Under the pieces are notes generated by a model. It did no database searches, was not told the origin of the DNA, and saw nothing but the letters and a program-made list of their open reading frames with translations. 64,000 nucleotides of DNA, from NCBI GenBank assembly GCA_002633005.1, contig NMRA01000027.1:875873-939872 (forward strand), read 5' to 3'. Origin of the DNA: Phoronis australis (Eukaryota > Animalia > Phoronida). Both the position numbers and the translations under genes were made by a program. Below, piece by piece: positions 13,648-26,487 of this stretch (position 1 is the stretch's first letter; the number at the start of each line of letters is the position of its first letter).

Positions 13648-14352
13648 TTATTTTTGTTTTAATGTTTATTACGAGAAATCTTCAGAATACAATGAATATA
13701 CATAACCCAGAAAGCGCCAAGAGGCATTAGATCTGGGTAAAAAAAATAAAAAGAAGTCTATATGCAATGATTATATACAAATACATAAATGAAAAAAACT
13801 GATGTTAAAAATACAATGATATATGACAACGAATGAGAATAATTTATTTTCATACAGATGTATAAAATTCTATCCACTCACACAAAGAGATTTAATGTTA
13901 TAAAGAAATTCTGATACTATTTCAAATAAAATCATATTTTCGTTTGAGTTAAGTTCTTGACATCCATACAGAAAGAAATTAATTCTGTTGTACAATTGCG
14001 GAATTTCAGAGTATTTTTTATAAACATTGGGGTATTGTTCGAGTGCCTGGAAGTGCTGTACCCTCTCCTCCTTGCATACCTCACAAGCAAAGAAACCATG
14101 AGGATATGTCTGGGTATCTCCACAGGAACACAGAGCCGAAATATTATTAAAATTATGTCTAAATTTCTCGTTGTTTAGGAATAGACCACATCTTGATCTG
14201 TATAGGGTTATTTCATGGTTGCGGGGAAGTTGGAATGATGTCAATGGGGCTGGCAAGTCTGGAGTAGTGGTATGCATTTTAAAGTTATTTTTTGAGAGTG
14301 ACGATTGAAGAGCTTTCTTTAATTTTGAATGGTAAGGAATTCCAGTTGTCAA
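13648..14352 (-). mobile_element. 5'-truncated LINE (CR1/L2-group-like) ORF2 C-terminus plus 3' UTR
   Basis: ORF 13870-14352 has R-C-G...CSCG...H.FF.C...R...LYG...N...F..V..F, a typical non-LTR ORF2 C-terminal zinc-knuckle region. It is followed by AATAAA and an A-rich tail. A second copy lies at 9596-11662. Confidence 0.8.
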
Positions 14353-15084
14353 TACAAGTTAATATCGTTGATCTTCTAAAGGCTTGGCTGATGGAGGCTG
14401 GAATAGTATACATATTGTTTTCTTACGTCGGTAGAACTGGAACAGGTACCGAAATAACAGAAATGTTGTCCAGGGCTCTCGTTTGCTTGTGGTCCTCGAC
14501 GCTTTCTCTTCAGTTGCAATAACGGTCAGCACCACTTAACACCAGAAAGCTGAAATTATGTTCCATTGATATAGAAATTTCTGGGAGTGGAAATGAAATC
14601 AATTAAACATGCCAAATCCGTCAAAATATTGTGCATTTCTCTAAAAAGTTACATTGATACTAAGTAGTGATTTTGCAACAAGTAAACCTTACAAATATGG
14701 CTAGGCTAAAAAACGGAACGGAACTCAAAAAGTGGAGCTGTTGTATACCTAATATGCAGTTCACGGTTTCGCCCAATCACACATCGCTGAGATAGAAGAC
14801 AGAGAGTCGCATATCAAAATGCAACCTGTCAAAATTAGAATAAAAAACAGGACATGTTACCACTTCCCCAAATTGGGCTGCTGAGTTGAGGCCTGCAGGT
14901 CAATTGATTTGATAACCGTGTAAAGGAATTCGGAGTTGTTTCATGTATTCTGAATTTGCAGTAGAATTCAAAATTACTGTTTAAGTCGTATGATTACCAA
15001 GAAACGGTGTTCTGAATTTTATGGTAAACTAACAAAAATGATCAATGACTGCTCTGGGAGTTCCTCAATAGTTATCGAGTATCT

Positions 15085-15460
15085 GGGGCCCGTTCCAAGA
15101 AAACTGTCTTAGCTAAGACAAATCTTAAACTTAAGTCAATTTTAAGACAAATCTTAGGTTTGTCTTAAGGCCGTTCCAAGAAAGTGATCTTAAGTTCGTC
15201 TTAAGTTTTTGATTTGAGTTTTGTCTTAAGTTTGACGTAGCTTACCGGATGTGGAAGTTTCAAAGCTTGGAGGTGGAGAAAGAAGCGCTTTTGCAGCAGA
15301 CGACATGGACAAAAGGAAGCCGAACTATTCGGTAGCGGAACTATCTCGCTTGGTTGCTGGTGTGGCCGAGCACAATGACGTTTTATCTTCCAAATTTTCA
15401 TCCTCTGTCACACAAAGCTCCAAGCGAGATGCTTGGCTTCACATAGCGTCAAGGTTAGTG
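15085..15460 (+). mobile_element. PIF/Harbinger element 5' end with first exon of Myb/SANT-like DNA-binding protein (15305-15453)
   Basis: CTG followed by the GGGCCCGTTCCAAGAAAACTG terminus and CTTAAG/TAAGAC subterminal repeats. The peptide MDKRKPNYSVAELSRLVAGVAEHNDVLSSKFSSSVTQSSKRDAWLHIAS matches the Myb_DNA-bind_5/NAIF1-type pattern and ends at an AG|GTTAGT donor. Confidence 0.8.
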
Positions 15461-15789
15461 TATTAAGCTCACTCATCAAGACCACGGCCACGGGCCTTCT
15501 TGCCTTTGGCCTTGTCACCACGATGTATTTGGTGCTAGAAAATAGCTCACTTCGCAACAAAAATACCTCTCACATATATTCTGATGACAGCGATACGTTA
15601 TGTCTATGAACCAGTGCAGACGACGACCAAATGAAAGCTCGTGCAATCTGATTGCATTTTAAGTATCTTTTNGCGTGGTTGCGCTGCACGCGAAACAAGA
15701 TGGCGGACGACCTTTGGAGCCTGACGACAATAGGTAACCGGACTATATTATCACTGGACTATTTCATATATGCCATAGCTTGATTTTAA

Positions 15790-16230
15790 TTCAAAGACAA
15801 ATGAAAAAATAAATCAGTGGAGAAATTATGGATATTTTTTCCTGTCTTCAATTTTTATATACCAGATTCGCCCTATGAGAGCCCCCCTTCACGCGTTTCC
15901 AGACTTCGCCAAAATAAGCACCCAGCCCGTGCGTGTTCATGTGAAAAATGCCTTACCTACAGTTCTAAAACTCTATAGTCACGTCTTCAATTCATCAATA
16001 AGATCCGACAGTCCCAAAAAAATCATTGTGCGCGGAATTCATAGACCACGAGCCTCGCCACTATGTTGGTATTTAGCCGTGACTATACACTTCAAACTTC
16101 TGCCGTGCTTCATGAAGAACCCATAAGTTGGGCTGGTCTTGCGAGGAACGTGTTCCGGATTATGCCGGTGGTGGCCTTTCAGAATAGGCACAGCACACTC
16201 GTCAAAGGGATTGTATTGCATCTACTCCCT
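15790..16230 (-). mobile_element. Heavily frameshifted piggyBac-like transposase remnant
   Basis: FDECAVPILKGHH...P.K...YGF resembles the piggyBac DE.M.PFKGR...P.KP.K.GFK motif, and HGLGAY lies downstream. The remnant sits in an apparently error-rich segment between single Ns (15672-16779). Confidence 0.35.
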
Positions 16231-17125
16231 CAACAGGAGTCCAAAATTCTGTGTGCACGTGAAAACCGCGAACCGAAGACTAATAAACACTTGGCCAGCT
16301 TCTAAAGCAGCAACCCAAGAGCGCGCGCTACATACAAGTAGCTATCTATTCACGAAGCGGGTAGCATAGCATCGGCAGGAAATGGATATTGGCACTTATT
16401 TCCGAAAGTTTCTCATACCGTAAAAACGTTCGCGTTATTTTTAGGAGCATTTATTAACTTAATCGTAATTGGTGTTATTAAAGTCAAAATGACGCACTGC
16501 TAGTGGACCCTTCCACACCTATACACCCCCTGAGTCTCCCGGAAAATAACTGTTAGACTGTCACGCATCCAGTCACCCGGCGACTCAATGACATTTAATA
16601 TCGGCCTTACCCAGACAATTCTCGAAAGTTTTTAGCAGATGAGATCCACAAATGCTAAAAAAGACAAGTATTGCTTTACTGCTTGCATTAATATTTTTAG
16701 TTACACTGCACACATCAATCGTTACATCGCGTTTACTCTGGCAAATGAACCCTGATGACACGCACGCGCTCGCTCACTNACAAAGTTTGCACCACGAAGT
16801 AACCGGGACCAGACGTCCAGGACTGACGTGGTTTACGAAGACGACCAGAATGAATTACCAACAGTAGCTTAGTCTAGGTCTTTTTGTCTAACTACTCTGT
16901 TTCTGAACTTTTTCCTTGATAACTGTTTAATGCATTATGTAGTAGTTAGGAAGTGATAATAAAGAATATTGATTCTCCTAACCATTTGGCGAATTTTAGA
17001 AGATATTTTGTGAAATAATAATATAATATCTAATGTATTATTTCATTAATATCTTAAAAAGCTGGCAGATACAACCGTGTAATAACCCATAAAGTTATCT
17101 CACTAGTGAGATAACGATTTGGCGG

Positions 17126-17200
17126 GAAACCGAGGACGGGGTCGAACCCCGAACCCTAATATTGCTAGTCGCCGACTTTAACCACTACACCACGCAGCGA
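17126..17200 (-). mobile_element. tRNA-derived head (SINE-like / pseudo-tRNA)
   Basis: Minus strand has A box TGGTGTAGTGG and B box GGTTCGACCCC at tRNA spacing. The acceptor and anticodon stems do not pair well. Confidence 0.55.
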
Positions 17201-17744
17201 CTGACGTCTTCTAGTGTGAAAATAGAATACTTAAATGAGCACGCGCAATAATCGCACGTTCAACAAACCGCATTGTACTGTACTTATACGCTCCGAAAAA
17301 TAAGACACATAATTTCCATAAAAATGATATCTTAATTCAGTGAAATTTTTCTCTCATGTCCTCTTACTTGTAAATCATCGATCTCCAGTTTGAATGCAGA
17401 TATCGTGTCGTCAGGATCTTTGACTTGAGAATTGTATTCAGTTACCAGTGGTAACCTACTTTAGCAGACGATAATTTCCCGGTCGAAGCTTAGCGTGTAA
17501 AAACGTGTTTTAAGCTATAATAGTTGCTTAGCCTTAATTTAGAGATTCACTTCATTTCTATTTTGTTTAAATTTCCAATTGGTTTTGAGTATAAGTATTA
17601 TTTGACAAAAATAGCTCGGCTTTTCTTAAAAGGTCACGACCTCCGACCCCGGGCCTCTGACAGAGAAAGTAGTTACAAAGCCGAGGCGAGTCGAGAAAGG
17701 TAGATCGATTCATTGCAATGTTTCTCGTTTAGTTAGTGGTATAA

Positions 17745-17908
17745 ATAGATTATTACATGTTCTCAGTCCTTATCCCCCTTATCTAGAGCCCTCGTGGATT
17801 TTGTAGAATTATCACCCTCGGGGCTAACGCCCCTCCGGCGATAATTCTCCAAAATCCACTCGGGCTCTAGATAACGGGGGATAACGACTTCGCCATGTAA
17901 TAATCTAT
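17745..17908. repeat. Palindromic (fold-back) MITE-like element
   Basis: Nested inverted repeats ATAGATTATTACATG/CATGTAATAATCTAT, TTATCTAGAGCCC/GGGCTCTAGATAA and GTGGATTTTG.AGAATTATC/GATAATTCT.CAAAATCCAC around a short GC-rich loop. Confidence 0.85.
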
Positions 17909-19123
17909 ATTTATTTGTTGTACGATCTTAAAGCTAATTTCGTGGATCATTGTTGAATGGTGTAGAATTTTTGAAGTTATTAGAGGTTTGGGATGATATT
18001 ACAAATCACCCATTATAGCCGTTGTCTGCCACACAAGCGCTGAAATCAAGTACATGTAAGTACCCATAAAATACTCTGTCGTTTATCAAGTGATTTTTAA
18101 ACCAGTCTGTTAGACTGCAACCGCGAAGGTTCCCAACTCAAATCCGCGCCGGGACTGTTCTAATAAAATAGTCAAACATATGAAATGTCAAAATAAATAT
18201 CAGCAAATAAAATCACTGACTTTATAAAATGTTAACATACAAGCACGCATCCAATTTGATTCTGATCTTTGCCCCTAGTCATTTTGAGACCTGCGCTCAT
18301 TTAGGGAACATTCACAGCGCAGATGTGTGTGAAACCGAAACTTTGAGTTGAAATCACCCTCTTATCTTCTTTGGTATGTCGCAAACGATAATCTACGCAC
18401 TCCTTCATTTTTAGGTTTTTAGTCTTTTATTCTTGAAAGTTAGGTTGAATTTAATCCTATTACCAGTGTAATTTACTTGACTGCATATTAAAAATGTTAA
18501 AATAATCGTTTTGATCAGGTGACCAGCTATTAGGCTGCAGTTTAGGTGTGTGTATTTATGTTAGATCTTTTATTCCCACAGGCAACTGTCTCCATACGCA
18601 TTGTTTAAAGTAAGTCGTTCGAATAGTCTCACAACAGGCTCATCGCCTGTTCGACGACCTTCGGCATCCCCAGACGTTTAATGCCTACGGCATCCATACG
18701 CTACATGTATGTATTGTGTACAGGCTCGAGTCAGCCAGCTGCATCAAGTGCAAGTTACGTTAAAGCATGTTACTAGATGCTCGGCCTTTTGAAACAAAGG
18801 ATAAGGGCCAGTGCAATGTGCCAGTTGGGGGTATCATGTAAACTTAATGAGCTTATCTAAGGTCCGCTTACTCTTGAGGCAACTAACTGTGACGTAGTCG
18901 ATAAACCAACCCTTAAAGTGGAACTTTCACGCTAATGCCTGAGCTCTATTGTTGCTTAGACAAATTAGTTGAAAACCTAACATATATGGACAATGTGAAC
19001 ATGAAGTACGTTGAAAATTGCCAAATGTCTTTAAGAACGAGTTTCATTTTGAAAATGATCAACCACAAATCACTCAACCGTGTTCAGTAAGTATCGAGAG
19101 GTGATGTTGGAAAATAACACTAC

Positions 19124-22100
19124 TAGTCGGTGGGCCAGACTTTGTAGGGCCTCTAGAAAATGGTTTTTGTGAGTACTTTAGGGGGGCAATTTTATGTTGG
19201 TGTTTTAAAATTCATTTAGTCGAGTGTTTTCAAAATCTAAAAAGTTCCCACATATAAAGTTGCACATTTTTGAGAAACTTGAGTTTGAAGTTACCTAATA
19301 ATCACCAAAGAGCTTAGTAAACTTATATTTGTAAAAACAACAGTTATGGTGACTTTTTTGTAAAACAAGTAATATGGTCCCATCAGTGCCATTGTATTGA
19401 ACAATATTACACTCACATTACATGTTTTACTATTGTAAATTAACTGTAAACAGTGAAATTCAAAAACGTAAAGAGACACCTAGTGGCAAAAATGCAAACT
19501 AAGTCTGAATGTTACTAGGAAGCTATTCTGGCATTGCCAGGCAACAAAAATAACACAAAACACTTGAGACTGGGCAAAATTTGTGCCTCAATGACTAAAA
19601 CATTGACTAATGGTNGGCAACAAAAATAACACAAAACACTTGAGACTGGGCAAAATTTGTGCCTCAATGACTAAAACATTGACTAATGGTGCAAAATACA
19701 GCTTGTTTGCATAATACATCAGAAATACGTTATAGTATAAAAACAATATAGCTGAATGATCTCTGTGAATGTGCCAAAGACTGTATGAAAATAATAGAGA
19801 TTATTCTGACAGCGTTTATCAAGCAGTATGAGACAAATACATGACAATGATCAAAGTATGTACTTTCTATGACTTAATCAACAAATAAAATAAATTTTTT
19901 AATACAAAAAAAGGAAATAACGGGGTTGGAGGTTTCTTTAGGGTTGACTTGCCAAAGAACTATCCAATGTTATGCAGTCAGTGTTGCTGATGTTACTACA
20001 GTTGTCACAGCTGCACATTTCTGTACAGTTTGACCCAGCATTGCAGCACAAACTCAGTTTCCCAGCACACATGTTCTTTTTGCACTTGCAGCGTTCATTG
20101 TTTTGTACTGTCAATGGAGATGCGGTCATTGCCATACATATTAACTGCAAAGCTCCACCGCTAAGGAGCCAACTATGGTCGATTAGAGAGGGTACAGCAC
20201 TGCACACTGGTGATTAGCCCGCAGGCAATGAAGGGTCAAACACTAAGTCCTTGTTTGGAGGCAGGCACTATTTGGGCAAACGTTTGATTCAAAATATATG
20301 TTATAATGGGCTGTGTTAATTAGAGTCAGCAAGTGAATTATTGAACACTAGCCTCAATTCACTTTCGTATCTCTTAGTCGGGCACAAACTACAACAGTGA
20401 GTAGCTTCAACATTATTTCTTAAGATTTCCTGTCCAAATAACTCCATGCACACCAGCTTTCTGAAGAACAGCTTCAAAGTCTTGCTTTAGTTTTGAAAAA
20501 GGCAAATGACATCCTCCTTGTGTTAGAAGCTTCGATTCAATGAACTCCAAACAAAACTGTAGAAAAACATCTCTGAAAACTGTGAATTCGTCACTCTTCA
20601 CAATCGTTGTCTTTCTATTTTTTATATCATGATGATCTGTGGTACTTGGCTTCTAGGACACAAGGTCTTTATCTTTGAATTTCATTTGCATATTCAGGGC
20701 TCTGGACTGAGCTGTTGCTTGCGATACAAGTCCAACTGAAAAAAACCCGAACTGTTAACACTAATTTAACATTCAACTATGAGTGAGTTGGCATGCAACC
20801 TTTTCAGACGGACTTATCAGGAACTGATCCACCACCAGCCTAACGAATTTACATGCCGTCTGATCTGTAGCCTAATAATGTTGGTCGTCTAATAATTAGA
20901 TCAGTTGATGCAACTAAAAATAAATCAGCTGATATACCAGTGCAGTGATTGAAATTTAATTTTTTTAAATCAGATGCTCAAACCATAGGTAATCAACATT
21001 TGACAAAATGGACAGTGGCTTCCATCGTCCTCAAATTTCGACGGAGACGATGGCCACTTAGGCACTTTAATTTAATTATAATTGCAGCTACCTAAGTAAT
21101 TAATGTTTACAAAAAATTGAGACTACGGCAGGGGATGACGGCCACTTGGGCATGTTGCTTGCAACCATCTACTCCATTTAACCTTCTCAAAATTTTTTGA
21201 CTTAGTGCTTTAAAATCACACCCACAGTATAACGCCATAGGGTTATCCCTTAGCGCAAGCAGTGTCGATGTGGCAACTGAATGGAGTGTTCGAAAAACAG
21301 GATTGCAGGAGTATTTGTTTAAACTGGGAACAAATGAAAACATTAACAACCTCCTCAGAGGCATCTCTCTACACGTTACTTCTAAACTTAATAGGAACAT
21401 AATTTGCCGAAAAGTATCTACTGGGTCAGCAGTATTGTCTAAGGCCTAGGCAGCCAAGGGGCTGAACAAGTTAAAAAACAACTGGTGATAGTACTGAAAC
21501 ACACATGGAAAACACCAAGATGTATTTTTCAAAAACACGTACCTGTTTTTGAAAGCTATACTTCTTTCTCTTTCTTGAAATGTGGCCCATAATGTACTTT
21601 TCCTGCTAAGAAATGATGCACTCGTGTTTCAGGATGTTCCTATCTTGTTCAGGTTAATTGGGTGTTTCAGATTTTGGAAGTGTAATCGATTTTCTTGTGA
21701 AATCTTGGATAACATCTGTATCACTTTCACCAACTTCAGCTTTAGTACTACTGTTGGTGCCTTGAAACGTTGCTATGCCGTTCTATGTCCTTTCAATTTT
21801 TTGGTCTGACACTTGGTCTTCTAGTCTACAGCACTCAGCAGTATACTGTGACTGTGTAGGCTACCAGGACATGCAGCTGTTTTCTGCACAAACGTTTGTG
21901 ACACCTCTTCTTATTTTTGATCTACTGATCTACAGAGTTCCAAAGTCAATCAGCTTTCGTCAGGAAGCTTTCCTAACCTTCTTTAGGCTCTGACATCACA
22001 ATTTTGTGCTGTTTGATAAACCTTGAATTATACAGGCATCACACTCCATGGGAGCAGCCATATTGAAGTAACTAAGCACAACAATACAGTCTGGCTCTCT

Positions 22101-23166
22101 GATTGGTCAATTCAATAGACAAGCGCCATCAAGTGGCAGGAATGTGCATCATATTTNTTTGCCGAAAAGTATCCGGCATATGAAGTACCTATAGTATGAT
22201 CATCGTCTCTACTGGGTCAGCAGTATTGTCTAAAGCCTAGGCAGTCAAGGGGCTGAACAAGTTAAAAAACAACTGGTGATAATACTGAATCACACGTGGA
22301 AAACACCAAAATGTATTTTTAAAAAACACGTACCTGTTTTTGAAAGCTATACTGCTTTCTCTTTCTTGAAAAGTGGCCCATAATGTACTTTTCCTGCTAA
22401 CAAATGATGCACTCATGTTTCAGAATGTTCCTATCTTGTTCAGGTTAATTGGGTGTTTCAGATTCTGGAAGTGATTGATTTTCTTGGGAAATCTTGGATA
22501 ACATCTGTATCACTTTCAGCAACTTCAGCTTTAGTACTACTGTTGGTGCCTTGAAACGTTGCTATGCCGTTCTATGTCCTTTCAATTTTCTGGTCTGACA
22601 CTTGGTATTCTCGTCTATAGCACTCAGCAGTATACTGTGTAGGCTACCAGGGCATGCAGCTGTTTTCTGCACAAATGTTTGTGACACCTCTTCTTCTTTT
22701 TTATCTACTGATCTACAGAGTTTCACAGTCAATCAGCTTTCGTCAGGAAGCTTTCCTAAGCTTCTTTAGGCTCTGACATCACAATTTTGTGCTCTTTGAT
22801 AAACCTTGAATTATACAGACATCACATTCCATGGGAGCAGCCATATTGAAGTAACTAAGCACAACAATACANTATACAGGCATCACACTCCATGGGAGCA
22901 GCCATATTGAAGTAACTAAGCGCAACAATACAATCTGGCTCTCTGATTAGTCAATTCAATAGAAAAGCGCCATCAAGTGGCAGGAATGTGCATCATATTT
23001 TGTGCAACAAAAACACCTTTTTTTTTTTAAAAATGTGCAAGTGTAGATGTGGGAACTTTTTGGAATTTGATTTATAGGTATATTATCTAGCCACATAGAA
23101 AAAACTAAGTTGCCCCCCCCAAAGTACTCACAAGGATGAACGCTATGAGATCTGGCCCACCGACTA
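19124..23166 (-). mobile_element. Internally deleted Academ-like DNA transposon
   Basis: 16-bp TIR TAGTCGGTGGGCCAGA / TCTGGCCCACCGACTA plus a subterminal TTGTGAGTACTTT.GGGGGGCAA inverted repeat. It has TAG...CTA termini and flanks TAC/TAA. Minus-strand remnants include a Cys8 C-terminus CKCKKNMC...CC...CTEMCSCDNCSN (~19990-20095) and a helical segment at 20413-20601. Confidence 0.7.
21403..23000. repeat. Tandem ~750-bp duplication inside the Academ-like element, joined at single Ns
   Basis: 21403-22156 is repeated at 22158-23000 with SNPs and a ~35-bp indel. Small overlaps flank N19615 (19540-19614 = 19616-19690) and N22872. Confidence 0.9.
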
Positions 23167-23644
23167 TAAGTGCTTTCAACCAAGTTTGAACATGGCAGCA
23201 GGAAGAAAATATACAAAGTACATACTTTATATTTCTTCCTGCTTTGAAAAACGAGCCAGCACTGTGAGCTCACTTCTCCCTTCAGCTATGTGCCTGGGTT
23301 TCCTAATAATCATTACAATGTGTCTGTCCAAACTTCCGCATAAAGGCCCCACTGGAATTACCAAATTTGTGTAACTGTTCAAACAGTCCACATCCACACT
23401 GTGGGGAGTTATGTGTTAATTAAATTGCAATAAATGCATTGAGCTGGTAGCAAACATCCAAAATGTCCCAATTCTGCTTAAGAAATCACTAATCTCACAG
23501 CACTTCAAACTCGTTGCATAGGTTTTCAAACTCGGCGCAAGTACGCCAAACTTGCCCAGCAAAATTCAAGCTTAATGCAGTGTCCAGTCAAAACAGGTTG
23601 TGGAGATTATATTTACGGTATATATACTACTTGTATTTACTCAC

Positions 23645-23776
23645 TCAGTGTCGTGAAGCAATTCTCCCAACTCCAGTTCATCACAGGCGTTCAGGAACTC
23701 ATGAGTGATGTCACACCATGAATACCTGATGCCTCCGTTCTCACATTCTGTCACTTGAGTCGGGTCATCTTTGAAG
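23645..23776 (-). CDS. NAA35: N-alpha-acetyltransferase 35 (NatC auxiliary subunit, MAK10), one internal coding exon
   Basis: Bounded by acceptor TTTTTGTGCAG| and donor |GTGAGT; 132 bp, phase 2/2. It translates FKDDPTQVTECENGGIRYSWCDITHEFLNACDELELGELLHDT, matching the NAA35 N-terminal motif [23 protein letters not shown]. Confidence 0.88.
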
Positions 23777-24033
23777 CTGCACAAAAAGTAAATTAATAAT
23801 TAATATGATGGCTTAACTAAGAGTTTAGTAGACAGGTGTCACCACCTATTGACAAATATATTATGTCATACAAAAATGATTTAACAGCATGTTGCCATCC
23901 TATACATCATGTAATATTTTGCTTGGTTGCCATAGGGATCTAATGAAAACTAGATTTCCGTCTGCTAATAATTTTGTTGTCCCCAGACATAAAAGTACTG
24001 TAACAATGCATTTTATATCACATTTATTTGAGC

Positions 24034-24535
24034 CAGGGCTTGGAATGACCAATGACAAAAAACGCGGAAACTTTTACGGCCTAAAACATGCGCGCTACCC
24101 AGCCTTGAAATACTCGATGTGAAGCTTTCGCCCACAAAAATCAGGAGGACTAATAAAAAAAAAACCCTACCACCATCAGTAGCATGCGTCTACGTCTTTT
24201 TAGCTCGTCCGTCCACTCCCACCCCCACACATTTTTGGCTGCAGAGCCGTAGTATTTGTCACCGTGGTTTACAATCACACGAGTCGCCATTGAAAATCCC
24301 ACCACGCTATCTCAGATGCCCCGGCAATGTTGACAATTTACGTTCCTCCGAAACATAAAGAGCAACTTCCGCTTTTCGAGGTGAAAGTCGTCGGCAACGC
24401 CGCGGTAACAAAGGAATTTGCCGCGGAAATTTTACATCAAATCCGATTTTTTTACACGGAAATATAATAAAATACGCGGACATAACATTTGAAAAAAGCG
24501 GAAATCCACGTTTCCGCAGATAATTCCTAGCCTTG
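24034..24535. mobile_element. hAT-like MITE with 6-bp target-site duplication
   Basis: Termini CAGGGCTTGGAAT / ATTCCTAGCCTTG, with TTGAGC on both sides. Internal GCGGAAA subterminal repeats. Confidence 0.75.
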
Positions 24536-26337
24536 TTGAGCAATCGGAGAATGGAGTATTTTACCGGATGGACTTACTACTCACTTGTGTATACTGTCAG
24601 GTACAAGCAGAACAGGCAATTGTCGGTAACTCACTACTTTTAACAGTGCGCACGGCAGGTGCTATGACGTCATATTCTATGGCGTTATCAATTTTGGGAA
24701 CTGCTCGAAGAAAAAGTTTGATAACGAGAGTATTTTTTCGAGTTGGAAGGAATTAAATACATTGATGGCCTCCTAAGGTGTCCCTCTACGCGCAAAAGGT
24801 ATTTGTAACGTGACTTTGATGTTTTAGTCAGTGCGAGGCATAATTTACCGAAACGCTTCTGGCATATAAAGTGCACTTTTTGTTCAATTTCAGATGATAT
24901 TTTCGAAATTAAATTTTCTTCAGACAGAACAAAAAACAACCCAGGGATTGTTTATACAGTGTATCTATTTGTCCCAGGCACTAACTGACAACTGTTAGGC
25001 CAAAGGAAAAATGCAGCAGACAAATGCAACAGGCTGGGTGCTTAACAATTTTGGCCCACGCATTGGTCATCAAAATGTTGTCCACTTGTTTTTTATTGCA
25101 AAACACAGTATTGAGCTCAACATTTATGTTGAAATTTTTGGTTCAGGTATTTTAGATTTATTTGAAGAAAATCAAAATACTTGATAGGGTGTGGCCACCA
25201 ATAAAGTAAAACATTGACATTTCATTATGATGCATTGTTACATACAACACAACACGACACAATTAAAAATAAAAGAAGAGATTGAACAATAAAATGCAAG
25301 TGTAACTTGGGTATTTATTTAATTATTTACTTATGATTGCAGAAGTCTGTTAAAGGTGAGAAAAAATCAAAAAATATGATAGTGGGTAATTTATTAGAAC
25401 TGAACTGCATCGAGGTTCAATGATCAACTTTGGCCGACCAAGTCTCAAAGAGTTACAGTTAAGTTTTGGATGACAAAGTGTTAACAGAGAATGAAGAAAA
25501 ACTGAACAGAAAAAGAAAGACAGCAGTGATAAGTGGCATTAAGAACAACAAGAGCAAAAAGTCAAATAAAGAGGTCACAAATAGAAAATAATTAAGTAAG
25601 GTCTATCTGGAATAAAACAATCACGATTTAATTTTCAGAACTGAAATTCTGAATCAATTTTAATCGATTTAAAAATGGATATCATACCAGTAAAACATTT
25701 TGCGGTTGAACTATACTTGTTGTAAGTCACTTTCCACTATTTTCTTGGCCTTTTTCTACGTGGTTTTCTGTTCTTTCATAAGGCAGCATATGATGACATA
25801 GGTCATTATAAAATGGCTACAGACAAGCAATGCACAGTTGAAACAACTCCGCATAAATAAAAGAAAACTTTTGAATCAACGAATACTATATATTTGTGAG
25901 AGTTAAATCAAATCCTATTCAGAGCATAACTTTGAAGCGGAATAATTGGGTGAGTACGGCAACAAGCCGGTTTTATGCTTAGGCGGACGACCATTGGGTT
26001 GATCCCGAGTGTACTTTTGACGAGGTGAAAACTCTAAATCGGTGAGCGGATTTCGCCTACCGCGAGTTTAAAATACACGGGACGAAATTCGTACAGAAAG
26101 CGATGGGAAGTATTGTAGCCCCTAACCGGCCAACCCAGGCCGAGGGCCGAGGGCGAATCGCTACTACGTCTACAACGAGTTGCTTTAGCCTGTTGTGTGC
26201 TCTATGTACTGCAATATAATACAGAATATTGGCAACTGCGTACAGTGATTACAAAGTTCCCTATACTAGAGACTGTCTGTTGCATTTCTGTAAGAAAATC
26301 TGAACCCAGAAACCGAAATTATTCCAGAAAATTGTAN

Positions 26338-26487
26338 CACCTTTTTTTAAAAAAATGTGCAAGTGTAGACGTGGGAACTTTTTGGAATTTGATTTTTAGT
26401 TATATTATCTAGCAACATAGAAAAAACTAGGTTGCCCCCCCAAAGTACTCACAAGGGTGAACGCTATGAGATTTGGCCCACCGACTA
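26338..26487 (-). mobile_element. Second copy of the Academ-like terminus (cut off by N26337)
   Basis: Near-identical to 23014-23166, ending TTTGGCCCACCGACTA. Confidence 0.85.

Noticed and set aside
17126-17200. Functional tRNA gene (also ~18100-18160 and 63687-63745)
   Set aside because: Box-like motifs are present (only degenerate at ~18100) but the cloverleaf stems do not pair; treated as repeat-derived heads.
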